NCBI GenBank assembly: GCA_010015585.1
Contig: ML975149.1
Length of the DNA: 20,000 nt
Reading direction: 5' to 3' (one strand)
From: Eremomyces bilateralis CBS 781.70
Lineage: Eukaryota
Shown here: positions 10,259 through 20,000 of the stretch, piece after piece
Layout: the number at the start of each line of letters is the position of its first letter
How positions within the stretch are numbered: the first letter of the stretch is position 1
The notes under the pieces: generated by a model
Seen by the model: only the letters and a program-made list of their open reading frames with translations
The model's database searches: none
Told to the model about the DNA's origin: nothing
Made by a program: the position numbers and the translations under genes

Positions 10259-10592
10259 AGCTGTGTACATATTTAGAGACGCGACGCCTTTTTAAAATCG
10301 GCCTCACCAGGAGATTTGCAACAATGGTTCATATAAATGAAAATCGAGCGACTTGGGCGTCTGTTCCAGTGTCCGTTCAAAGACCGTGCCGCATCGAAAA
10401 CAAAGCCAAATCAGCCAGCCTCCTCCCACTGGCTGTTGTGGCCCATAAACCTTACCAGGGTCTAACCTAAGAGATCCAATTCAGTCAGATCAGTGACCGC
10501 CCCGTATCTCATCCCCCATTTGAATATAATCCCAACAATTTCGTACATAAACCAGCTGCTGGCCACATCATAGCCATCCGCAAAGTGAAAAC

Positions 10593-10961
10593 ATGAAATA
10601 TACTCTCCTTGCGTTGATACCCGTTGTACTCGGTCAATTGTGCAAGGACTCTGTAAATACCCCTGCCCAATATGTTATCACCCATCTGCCTCAAGTTATA
10701 GACAGGTTTTGCGAGGTCAGTGCCGCTTTCGTCCAAGGAGAAGAATATCCTTGTTATGGCTTTCGCCAATGGCGATTCGTAGACCCAGGCCTAAATATCA
10801 CACTGAGCGCCTCTACAAGTCTTCGCGGGCCTTCTACCTTTAGTAAAGACCAGTGCCTGATGGGGTTACGTACGATATATGATGCTTGTATACGCGGGGG
10901 GATTTACAACGATGAAGACTTTACTTGGAGAGTGGCTTTGAACTCTAGTATGGCACAATAA
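10593..10961 (+). CDS. Small secreted cysteine-containing protein (122 aa), effector-like
   Basis: ATG in AAAACATG context, signal-peptide-like MKYTLLALIPVVLG, 5 Cys, and C-terminal C-x5-I-x-D-x-C-x2-GG-like segment (DQCLMGLRTIYDACIRGG). Confidence 0.7.
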   Translation: MKYTLLALIPVVLGQLCKDSVNTPAQYVITHLPQVIDRFCEVSAAFVQGEEYPCYGFRQWRFVDPGLNITLSASTSLRGPSTFSKDQCLMGLRTIYDACIRGGIYNDEDFTWRVALNSSMAQ

Positions 10962-11120
10962 TAACTACAAGCAACACGCTGTCTCCCTGTATCGGAGCAT
11001 TTCCGGTCCACAATTCACTAGATAGCTAAAACCTGTCGTCAGTGCCAAGCTTTCCACTTGCTTGAATTGGTGACATCCCAATACGGCTAGTGCCGTATGA
11101 AGTCACCTCCCATACTCCTA

Positions 11121-11549
11121 GATAAGTATAATTAGGGGAACTGCGCGAATCAGGGTGACTGCGAATTTTCTCACTATCAACGTTACACGTTTATGCCTCC
11201 GCTGCTCGAACGGGATTCCGATGTTCTTGCAGGGCCTTCTGTATCCGAAGAGCACGCTCGTCAAGCCCCTCATCTTCATCTGCCGGGACCTTCCAAATTG
11301 GAAGAGCACGCTCTTCAGGAGTGTATTCCTCCCTCAGGATCTTCCAAAACGACAGATCAGGCTCATTAATCCAACCTCCACCTACCAGGGCCTTCAAACC
11401 CCGATCGTCACCGACTATGGCCCTCCAATTCCAATTACGAGAATCCTCGTTTAGGCGGTTCAGGTGCTTCCGAGAATCCTCGTTCCTCCAAATCTGAAGA
11501 ACCCCCTCATCAATGTTCCCATCTTCGTCCCGCAGGGCCTTCCAAGCAC
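11121..11549 (+). pseudogene. Fragment of a CCCH-zinc-finger-like protein with GPS repeats
   Basis: One frame reads *GNCANQGDCEFSH (C-x5-C-x3-H), followed by in-frame repeats starting at 11229, 11283, 11334, 11385 and 11532 (AGPSVSEEHARQ / PGPSKLEEHALQ / SGSSK..AH* / PGPSN / AGPSK). Confidence 0.5.
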
Positions 11550-11775
11550 CCACCTTTGGAGCCGTACACACTCCCTCAGTAGACTGATAGCCTCTGCATC
11601 CCGACCCTGCGCTTTGTACGTCTCCGCCAGGTTGCCCATGCTAGTCAGCGTGGATGGATGCTCTGTGCCAAGCACCCTCTTTGTCGTCTCCATCACTTGC
11701 ACCTTCAGCTCTTCGGCCTCCTTCCATCGGCCTTGATTCCGGTACGTCCCCGCCAGGTTGCCCATACTGGTCAGC
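11540..11775 (-). pseudogene. TPR repeat fragment (kinesin-light-chain-like, 42-aa TPRs typical of fungal NLR sensors)
   Basis: LTSMGNLAGTYRNQGRWKEAEELKVQVMETTKRVLGTEHPSTLTSMGNLAETYKAQGRDAEAISLLRECVRLQRWVLG. DNA repeat CCGCCAGGTTGCCCAT at 126-bp spacing. No NB-ARC/NACHT domain upstream. Confidence 0.85.
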
Positions 11776-12336
11776 CCTGGGGAGTGACATTGGCAATCTT
11801 CTGCATGTGCTTCTGCTTGATTTGGACAGCCTGATATACCAGTTTGACGTAAGGGGAGGGCAAACGGTCTGGAGTCAATCCTGCGAAGGCCTTATCCAGT
11901 TGGGTACCATTGATTCTTCGAAATATCAGGAGGTTGTGGACCTCATTTCTAAAGAACCGGCGCCACGCAATGGAAAAGTATGTATTCAACTTCACATTGA
12001 AAGAAGAAAGCTCATTGTCATACCAACTTCGAAGGATCGATGCCAAGACTGGGTCCTAAAGGTCGTCGTAGGTCTTGAGGTCGATGGCTTTGTTCCTACA
12101 GGAATATCGCATTGGATTTATTCGCTCATCGGTCGTCCTGCTGCACAGTTGCCAAGCGCCTGCGGAGATAGGTGGGTTGGCAATAACCCAGTTGCTGCAT
12201 AAAGTCGCACGGCTTAAGCGTGATAGTTGGTTCTGATCGGCAGTTAGGTATAGCAGGGTCTATGTATTTAACCAGCACCATACCTATGTCTGGAGAGCGG
12301 ATTTCGTTGGTTGTTTTAGCGAGCCCAAGTCCAAGT

Positions 12337-13221
12337 TTAGACTCCACTATATAGTACCAGTGCTTTATTAAATCTTTCGAAGGTTTCGTATTCGTCGGAT
12401 GAGAGAACTGGCAAAACTCGATCGATAATCTCAGTCCAGACATGGTGTTTAGATCGAGACCTGGCTTCGAAATATTCTCGCTCAGGGATACTGAAACCAG
12501 AAGCCCCCCAGTCCAGGATAGCGACAATTTTGCATCGATCATCGACAAAAATATTGTCTGGATGTAAGTCGCCGTGCGAAAATACCTTCCGGTCGTCGCA
12601 AAGTGCCATCATTCTATCGACGAGAATCTGGTCGCTTTCGCTCAAGCATCCAGTTGGCCTTCCATTTTTAAGAGCTTCGACTAGGCCATCATTGTAATCC
12701 TTCCGGGATCGATAGGGACCGTACGTCTTGTCTGGCCTCCGATAACCTGGAAGGTGTTGGAAGAAAACATCTTGACATGGACCAGAACCCACGGAACCAA
12801 AATATTCAGCAGATAAACTCCTCCAACTCTTTATATATCCTCCCAACTCCTCAACGAGATTCTCTTTCTCCTGTTCTGTTATACCGCTCAGTACGTTCCA
12901 TAATGGTCGGCCGTCAATCTTGGACATAAGAATATACCCTTTCCCATCCTTCTCACATGCATTATACACCTTTGGGATGGGAACGTTGGTGTGGGAGGCT
13001 ACGAAACGCATCGCATCGGCCTCAAACATTGATACTCCGTGGCCTTTTTCAAGACCCGATCGAGATCCTTTAGGTACCACACTGGTCTGCCTATCATACC
13101 AGAGCAGAGATTTATGGCATTCAGCTTGTCGACAACTGTAATTTCTCCCGTATCTAGAATGACACTTCCCACCTCCGTCGGACCCAATGGACTCGTGCTG
13201 GACTCCGCATGTTAGCGACAT
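12337..13221 (-). CDS. Aminoglycoside-phosphotransferase/choline-kinase-like protein
   Basis: EADAMRFVASHTNVPIPKV, YILMSKIDG, Brenner motif FSHGDLHPDNIFV and ILDWG. The N-terminal ~58 codons may be in a shifted frame. Confidence 0.85.
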   Translation of the reverse strand: MSLTCGVQHESIGSDGGGKCHSRYGRNYSCRQAECHKSLLWYDRQTSVVPKGSRSGLEKGHGVSMFEADAMRFVASHTNVPIPKVYNACEKDGKGYILMSKIDGRPLWNVLSGITEQEKENLVEELGGYIKSWRSLSAEYFGSVGSGPCQDVFFQHLPGYRRPDKTYGPYRSRKDYNDGLVEALKNGRPTGCLSESDQILVDRMMALCDDRKVFSHGDLHPDNIFVDDRCKIVAILDWGASGFSIPEREYFEARSRSKHHVWTEIIDRVLPVLSSDEYETFERFNKALVLYSGV

Positions 13222-14269
13222 TCATGGTGGAATGACGGGAACTATGAATACACGTACTATAGTGGGGGCGGGGGAACAGGATTGGGTTTAGTAGAGGTCA
13301 TTTTGCGCGGTTAATTCTGGACTATACTTCAAAGGCATAAGACAAAATTTGCTGTACTTCACGATATCGTGGAGTTTGGTCGTTCACACCGATGCAGTGA
13401 CAAAGAAATCGGGGAGCAAAATAGCGTGATCCCTTACCTTAGCACGCTTAGGCCATGGTGGTAGTGCCTGAGGCAACGAACCGCGCTATACCTAATTGGT
13501 AATGTTCTCTACCAAATAGCCTGAGTGCCAGGTCATTGATTTTGGCCTAAGTCGAGATCGTTTGTATGAGAGCAATTTAACTACTTCAACCTCGATTTTC
13601 TCCACAACGAGGGTGTAATCCTGTATACCATACAGAGGTCAATATCACGGTGATGATGATGGTTAAGATGGTGATGGTGAGATCGCATACTATATTCTCC
13701 TAGCTAGACTCCTCTTCGTCGTCGTCGTCATTATCCACCGCTAGAGGCATCTTGCGACAAGCCAAGTGTCAGAGATCAGGATTTCAGGATATCTCTATTT
13801 TTCGGGGTCCGCCGGTCTCTCTACCGAGCCCCCATTTCTTAGTCGTACTTAGGTGGACTAGCCCCCATGGTTCCGTCGTGGTTCCCACGTGGAGGAGCAT
13901 CCCACACCCCACGATATCACCAACGCTTCTTTCTTTGCTTCTTCGCTCGTTTTGAGGAAACCAAGGTCCCCACGACCATCAATTGTATACAGAACATAAA
14001 AGATGAGCGTATTCTGTTGAAATTAGGGGAATTTAATGATATTATCTTTATTAAATTAGAAAACGTTCGAAATATTCGGATTGCAAAGGCGTTACTCAAA
14101 TTTGGCAGTTTTCTTGTGAAAATCACGCCAAGGAACTAGCTATGGAACAATAAGACAGGGCCCCCGGTTTGTAACCACCCCAATTTGTAACCACTTCACA
14201 CACAGCAGCATCAACAACGGAGGACTGTAGATTCTCTATAATAACTCCACCAATATTGAATTTTATATA

Positions 14270-15892
14270 TTATATCTGAAACTGTGAGCAAAGTGACTCG
14301 AATTCTGCTTTTTGCAGCTCTTCCGAAATTTTTTGCGCGTCAAATTTGGCCTTCTTCTTCGCCTCCTTTAACTCCGCTTGTCTTGCTTCTTCTTACGCAG
14401 CAACAATCTGATCAATCGTCGCAAATCGTTCATTTTGGTCGATTTGGACTCTTTTCCTTTTCTTAGACAATCCGCCTATGTCCTCCAGTGATTTTTCGAG
14501 CTTTGCAACTTGCGTTTTTAGTGTTGCGATTTCAACGTTCTTCTCTGAGAGTGCCTTCGCCAATTTCCCCTGTAAACCCCTGAAATCCCGCCCAGACATG
14601 TCCTCAAACTTTTGCCCCGTATACACGTCTTTCGGGCCTTTTGGTGTATTAAATATATAATCATATATGGGTTCTGGGGTCACATGACGTTGTATAGTAT
14701 GGTTCTCGTTTAATTGGGTGCTATTTAATACTTTGTGTGGGTTGAATGGGCAGATTCCGGTCCCCCTGAATTCAGCGCGGATATTATTGTTTATCAAAGC
14801 TTGAATGCGGGATTTATTATAAATGTTTATAAAATTATGCTTTTTAACTGGGGCAGAGTCGTCGAGGGAGCTCAATTGGGTTAATTCTTTGCGATACTTG
14901 CTCTTCAGGGCCGAAAAACAAGCGACATCTAGGGGCTGAAGTAGATGGGAGCAATGGGGAGGGAGATGTAGGATAATTACCTTATGATCCTTGTATAACT
15001 TCATGAATTCGACCGTCGCGTGCGACCCGTGCCCATCACAAATTAGGAGACGCCATTCCGTACGGTTTTTTGGTGCGGTCTCTGGGAGGAACTTCTTCTC
15101 TAACCATTTGAGCCCGATTTCGTTTGACGTCTAGGCGTTCTCTAAAACTGTCCAATGCCAGTCCTTCATGCTCGAGAGATCCGCAGGAAACCAGGTAGAT
15201 TGGAGGTTTTTGCCCTTGAAGATAATGAGCGGAGAGATCGCGCGGCTAACGGCTGAAATGGCCTCAATGATGGAGACCCATTTGTGGTCCTCCGGAGTTT
15301 TGATATAGGTCTTTTTCCTATTGCTCTTCCTCATCTTTTTCTCCTATATTGGTGCTAAGACACGCCCATTCATACCACACCCAAGCGCAATCCCGTGCTC
15401 GTCGAAATGCCAGATATTCTCCGTTTTGATGTGAAATTGGTCGATCAGGCTCTAGAGAAGGTTGAACCAGGCTGCTATGATTTCCTTGGACGAACAATTT
15501 ACGCGGGAAGCTTCGATTGATTGGCCCACCATTATTTTTATATGGGGGTTTCGCTTGAGGAATCCGTCCACCCAGTTCTTCCCGCAAGGTGTGTGGTCAC
15601 CATTTTCGCGGGCAATTGCTTCGGCCATCTGACGAACCCTGGCGTGGGAGGGGGCATTCGAAGCCCGGTCTTCTAGGGCTATCCATTCTGCTAGATATTG
15701 TTCTTGTACAGGAGACAGCTTCTGGAGCTTTTGGGCACCAATTTGGTGCGATTGTCGGTCTTTTTGGAGGCGCTTTTGGAGCGTGGAGTAGGTGACACCG
15801 TACTGGTCAGCGCACTTATGTATAGAGTCAAATTCTTTATTTATATAAGTCTGAATCGCGAGCTTTATAGCCTCTTCATTAACTTGAGGCAT
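14270..15892 (-). pseudogene. pogo/Fot1 DDD transposase (HTH-psq, CENP-B HTH, DDE_1), single frame with 4 premature stops
   Basis: GKNWVDGFLKRNP, WHFDEHG, PLIIFKGKNLQSTWF, LICDGHGSH and LPPHCSHLLQPLD. In-frame stops at 15452, 15344, 15131 and 14393. Confidence 0.93.
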
Positions 15893-15992
15893 AGCGACAC
15901 ATTTTCAGCATGATTGTGTGGTGGTAGATGTATTCTATTGACCTATCCCATCTCCAGATTGAAGGGGTTTAGGTTACAAAGTGGGGTGGTTA

Positions 15993-16241
15993 TGTCGCAT
16001 TACGCGGGGGTGATGATTAAGCAAGTTCGCTGCTTAAGCTCAGTTACTGTATAGACACAACGCATGTTGATATTGACGATTCCCATTGTATAGAAGAGAG
16101 TGTCCTCGCTAGCTAAACCGTTGAAGATAGGCAAATACATAGGAGAAGAGTGAGCAGTCCTAAATAGGCTTAGCCTAGGGGTAATGGGCAGTGAAAGGAA
16201 TGTTGCGTGGTAGTAGAAACGAACAGGGGCATCTTGCGACA
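15993..16241. mobile_element. Solo LTR (249 bp)
   Basis: Termini TGTCGCA...TGCGACA with perfect 5-bp TSD GGTTA at 15988-15992 and 16242-16246. A related copy lies at 10155-10258. Confidence 0.92.
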
Positions 16242-16399
16242 GGTTACAAACCGGGGGTCCTGTCTTACGCAACCGCCTGATGATCCGAAGATTTCCCGCC
16301 TCCGCTGCTTGGTCCACCTGCTTCGACCTCACATATAAAACGCGCGTGGCAGGACAAGTGAAGCTGAATAGAGCTCGATATACTATCAGACATTGAGTC

Positions 16400-18668
16400 T
16401 CAATGGGAAAATCGGAAGTCCAGTCGGTGACTAGCAGTGTCCGTAGTATTGTATGTGTAGTCAACGCGCTCCTAAGATAATAGTCAGCAAACGACACGAA
16501 GCCCTGATCCTCAATAGATAGCACCCATAAAGCCAAACCTGGCATACTCACCTCGGGAGTCATCGCATTCCATTTGCGTTCACGAATTTTATTTTTGACA
16601 ACGTAGTATATCTTTGCGTTGAGAAACAGAGCAATGCTCAGTATGTTGATTCCAATCAAGACTTGGTTGCCTCGCTTGTACAACGGCTTGTCATCTTCAC
16701 GATAGATGTTTGCCGAGATGATGCTGGCAATTTGAGCGCATACTGGAACGGTGTCGTTAGGACTGGTGGTACCGGAAGCCAGAAGGAACATAGCTTACTG
16801 TTGAATAAAGCAGCAGATACGCTGCGAGAGCCAACGTTGTTCGAGTTTTTCGACACCCAAGCCCTATATAATGCCCAAAGTCATTAGATCTGGTGACGAA
16901 AGTTCCTGCCTATCTAACAGAGAGTGACACTTACACGTTAATAGCATAGGCAGATGGACCGCCCAGTAAAACCGTGAGTAGAGCATAAGTTGCCCATTGT
17001 TCTTTCATAAGACCTGGCCACACTCTAAGAGCAATAATGCAAGGAAGGGTCCATAAGGCTTGTATTATGCTGACAAGCCCGCGTTCATTTAATTTTTCGC
17101 TTAGCCGGGTAATGAGGATAAGAAAAATTATACTGGCCACCGCTGTTGGAATAGTAAGAAGGTTGGTGTGGAACTAAAGGCATTAGCTGGTGGAACGCCT
17201 GTTAGAGATAATACTTACTGTGCTAAACCCAATATTCCGAAGACTTTGCGTGAGATAAATAGTGGGTGGCCCCGATGGAACACCACAGATGGCGGCGAGC
17301 AAGTAAATCTTGATATACAGTTAGCATCCGCTGGTATCCCAGTTAAGAAGGTACCTACCGGCCAGAGATCATAATCTTTCAGTGCAGTCCATAGTCGACG
17401 TGGGGTGATTGCCTGTCGATTATGCATGTCTCCTATTGCCGTATATTAGTCTCGGCTCGCCTCGAGATATAGGTTTAAGTTACCTTTACTAGGATCTTCT
17501 CGCAGCACTCGGTTCACCACAATAGTAAGTTCGCGATCAGTAAACCATCCCTTAGGTCGAAACCACGTCTTTGTCTGGGCTGCAGAAGCCGGCATAAGGA
17601 AGAAGGCCGCAATGCCAATGACAAGTGTCATCGATCCTTCGATTAAGAAGATCCACCTGAAATTGTGTTAATCATTGTCTAAGAATGAAATAAATAGAAC
17701 TTTACCTCCAGCCTGCAATACCATGGTGGCCTTCGAGATGGAAGATTCCAAAGGCAAGGAGCGAAGCAATGATACCAGTGAGGCTTAAGGCTGTCCAGAA
17801 GTAGCTCAACCTAATGGGGAGCTCCCGGCCGGTGTAGAAGTAGGAGAGCCAAAGTATTAGGTCTGGGATGAAACCACCCTAGATTTGATTCAATCAGTAG
17901 GGAAGCATTATGGGAATCAGCTAATATACTTCAAGCATTCCAAGCAGAGAACGAGTTGCAAGAAATCCGGGTTTGCTTCGAAGTCCTGCTTGCGACATGG
18001 CGACTATGGACCATAAAACCATTTGGGTAGGAATCCAGCGGTCTGGACCGAACTTTTTCGAGATTAATTGAGACGGCAACTCGGCTAAGAGGAAAGATAC
18101 TAGGAACACGGTATGTCCAAGATTGAAATCTAATACTTTAAATCAGATATCATTAGAAAAGAAAGGGTCGGCCTACCCACCGTTAGTATTAAGGTGAAGA
18201 TCCTGTAAGAAAGTTCCTGAAACAGCTTGACCGATATTTCCACGATCAATCTGTAGACTGAAGAACATGATGCATGCCCACAAGCACACTATTATAAATA
18301 ATTATCAGTCGAGTCTGTAGATACTAGATAGTGTACATACCATGCCAGTCGAGTTTCCTGATGATCTTCTTCTCCTCTTCTTTTGTCCATGTGGCATCCG
18401 CGTCGAAAGCATGTCGACACTCGTATTTTGCTTTCTCATAGACACCAATATAGTAGTCTCGGACCTGGGGATCCGCAAAGGGATTGGCCGAAATGTCGAC
18501 TTCTCCAGTGGTCACGATAGCTCCTTCTTTGGTGATAATGTTGCCTTTTGTTGTCACCAACTTTGCGTCGTCCAAGACAACTTTTGTCACCGCATGCCCC
18601 ACGTCAACCTGTTCGGACGATAGGCTGGAGTCATCTTCCGACTTGTCCCTGGGGCGTTCGACTGTCAT
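16400..18668 (-). CDS. MFS transporter, anion:cation symporter/allantoate permease (Dal5-like) family, 11 exons
   Basis: Splicing 10 GT-AG introns gives an open frame: [98 protein letters not shown], and C-terminal RLDFRFSH* (stop 16400-16402). Confidence 0.93.
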
Positions 18669-18839
18669 GGCGTTGTAGAGCAGGTAGGAATAGGGGTTCG
18701 TCCTAATTCTTCTCAGTAGATGGATCGGGGAGGAAGAAGGGTCAAATATACTTCTCGAGATCTACAGTCTAAACCCAGTAACAACTGGTGTAGCAACGGG
18801 TGTAAGAATCATGTTCTCCTCTCATCCTTTGCATGGGAA

Positions 18840-19392
18840 CCAAGAATAGCATGACATCCATAGTAAGTATGATGTGCTTGATATGCTTTCAGTATTGGAG
18901 ATGCAGGCCAAAACCCACCTCTTCTCTAGTAAGAATGATGTGATTAATAGGAGTATCCATTTTCGGAGATGCAGGCCAAGTCCTCCCCTTCCATGGCATC
19001 GATGGCCCACGATGTGAAAGTACTCGGTTGTAACGAACGCCGGAGTGATCTACTCATCTTCCTATGCATAGTAAGTTGGTAACTAGGAATTGTTCAAGTT
19101 GAAGACTTGGGATTCATTCAAGTAGTTAAGTTCTTCTGGATGATAGAACTATTTACATGACATATTCCAATTTAGGAATGTGTCAATTGCACCACATGAT
19201 GGTTGCTTCCAACAGGAATTACATGGCGTCCATAGTGAGTGTGAGGTGATTCCAAGGATTTCTGTAACAATTTTTGGAGATGCAGGCCAAGTCCACTTCT
19301 TCCATAACATGCATAATAAGGAATGATGCAGTAGTAACAACCGCAGGAGTGATGTGCTGGCTCTCTCTTCCTATGCATAGTAACCAGGAATA
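18840..19392. repeat. Imperfect direct duplication block upstream of the MFS gene
   Basis: GGAGATGCAGGCCAA occurs at 18897, 18965 and 19276. TCTTCCTATGCATAGTAA occurs at ~19057 and ~19366. CATGRCRTCCATAGTRAGTRTGA occurs at 18850 and 19222. Confidence 0.75.
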
Positions 19393-19481
19393 ATAGAACA
19401 TCCAGGGCGATTATGATGCGATCAATCAGCTTACAGTAACCACAATCTAAGATGCAAGTAGAGGCTGTTCTCTGCTACGCC

Positions 19482-19590
19482 TAGAGCTCCGAAATGAATA
19501 AATGAATACGAATATGGCCCTTATTCATATTCGCTCTTCACGAATATGAATAATATGAATATTATTCATATGAATAAGTTCGAACCCCTG
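19482..19590. repeat. hAT-MITE-like remnant with GAATA/TATTC subterminal repeats
   Basis: Dense (T/C)GAATA and TATTC motifs resemble those of the 3664-4150 element. Ends TAGAGCTCCGAA / TTCGAACCCCTG are only weakly inverted. No TSD. Confidence 0.45.
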
Positions 19591-19679
19591 CCTGTTGGCC
19601 AACCACCTACTTGGCCAGTATCACCATCTTCACCACCATCACCAAACGCGTAATATCTCAACCACCATATCGTATTACG

Positions 19680-20000
19680 ATGTCAAATTCAGAGGAGATA
19701 CTCCTACAGGCTATCCATGCCGTAGAGACCGGTCAATGCAAATCACAAAATGAAGCTGCGGCCCTATTCAAGGTCAATCGAGCTACGCTTCAAAACCGCC
19801 TCAAGGGCATGCAATCGCGCTCTACAGCTCAACAATCGAACCAACGCCTTACACCGGTGCAAGAGAGGTTTTTAGTCGACTGGATACTTGAGAGTGACGC
19901 TCAAGGATTCCCCCCTACCCACGCACGTCTGCGTGAAATGGCCGCGCGAGTTCTAGAGCTTCAGGGTGATTCTACACCCCTTGGGAAGAATTGGATACCA
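19680..20000 (+). CDS. 5' part of a second pogo/Fot1-type transposase (runs off the window)
   Basis: Open for 107 codons: MSNSEEILLQAIHAVETG...AAALFKVNRATLQNRLKG...QRLTPVQERFLVDWIL...GFPPTHARLREMA...LGKNWIP (HTH-psq plus CENP-B-type HTH), similar to the N-terminus at 15892. Confidence 0.9.
   Translation, partial: MSNSEEILLQAIHAVETGQCKSQNEAAALFKVNRATLQNRLKGMQSRSTAQQSNQRLTPVQERFLVDWILESDAQGFPPTHARLREMAARVLELQGDSTPLGKNWIP

Larger units (their letters stand above)
14153..16265 (-). mobile_element. Full-length Fot1/pogo-type DNA transposon with nested solo LTR
   Basis: Left TIR AGACAGGGCCCCCGGTTTGTAACCACCCCAATTTGTAACC. The right TIR is reconstituted after removing 15993-16246. TA TSD at 14151-14152 and 16266-16267. 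About 1.86 kb without the LTR. Confidence 0.93.

Noticed and set aside
13622..13996. Possible additional LTRs (14-bp match GGCATCTTGCGACA at 13746-13759 to the solo-LTR end, and TGTCAG start at 13767)
   Set aside because: Only a short terminal match, with no TSD and no definable second end.
16000..16791. 263-aa ORF as a separate gene
   Set aside because: It comprises the penultimate MFS exon reading through an intron into TIR and LTR sequence.
17215..17310. Suspected frameshift in an MFS exon
   Set aside because: On recount, the G4 run gives an in-frame [22 protein letters not shown], so the gene appears intact.

Overview
Filamentous-ascomycete (Pezizomycotina-type) genomic DNA, judged from short GT-AG introns with CTRAC/CTAAT branch sites and RIP-like C>T/G>A damage in repeats. 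It is a repeat-rich, accessory-looking region. Apparently intact host genes: a 4-exon short-chain dehydrogenase (4937-6147 +), an intronless secreted alpha/beta-hydrolase (7280-8473 -), a small secreted Cys-containing protein (10593-10961 +), an APH/choline-kinase-like phosphotransferase (12337-13221 -, N-terminus possibly frameshifted) and an 11-exon Dal5/allantoate-permease-type MFS transporter (16400-18668 -). Mobile DNA: a full-length RIP-inactivated Fot1/pogo transposon (14153-16265) with a solo LTR inserted in one TIR, the 5' part of a second pogo-type transposase running off the window end, a Tc1 remnant, a stack of four MITEs (three TA-flanked, one hAT-type with an 8-bp TSD), further LTR-like pieces and a degraded orphan ORF that is partly duplicated in inverted orientation. 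The most unusual observations are (i) a mirror-symmetric arrangement of three repeat families around the SDR + hydrolase pair and (ii) a patchwork of unrelated gene fragments (CCCH-finger/repeat protein, TPR, kinase-like) at about 11.1-12.2 kb. I cannot establish a novel biological system from the sequence alone. All alignments and translations were done by eye.
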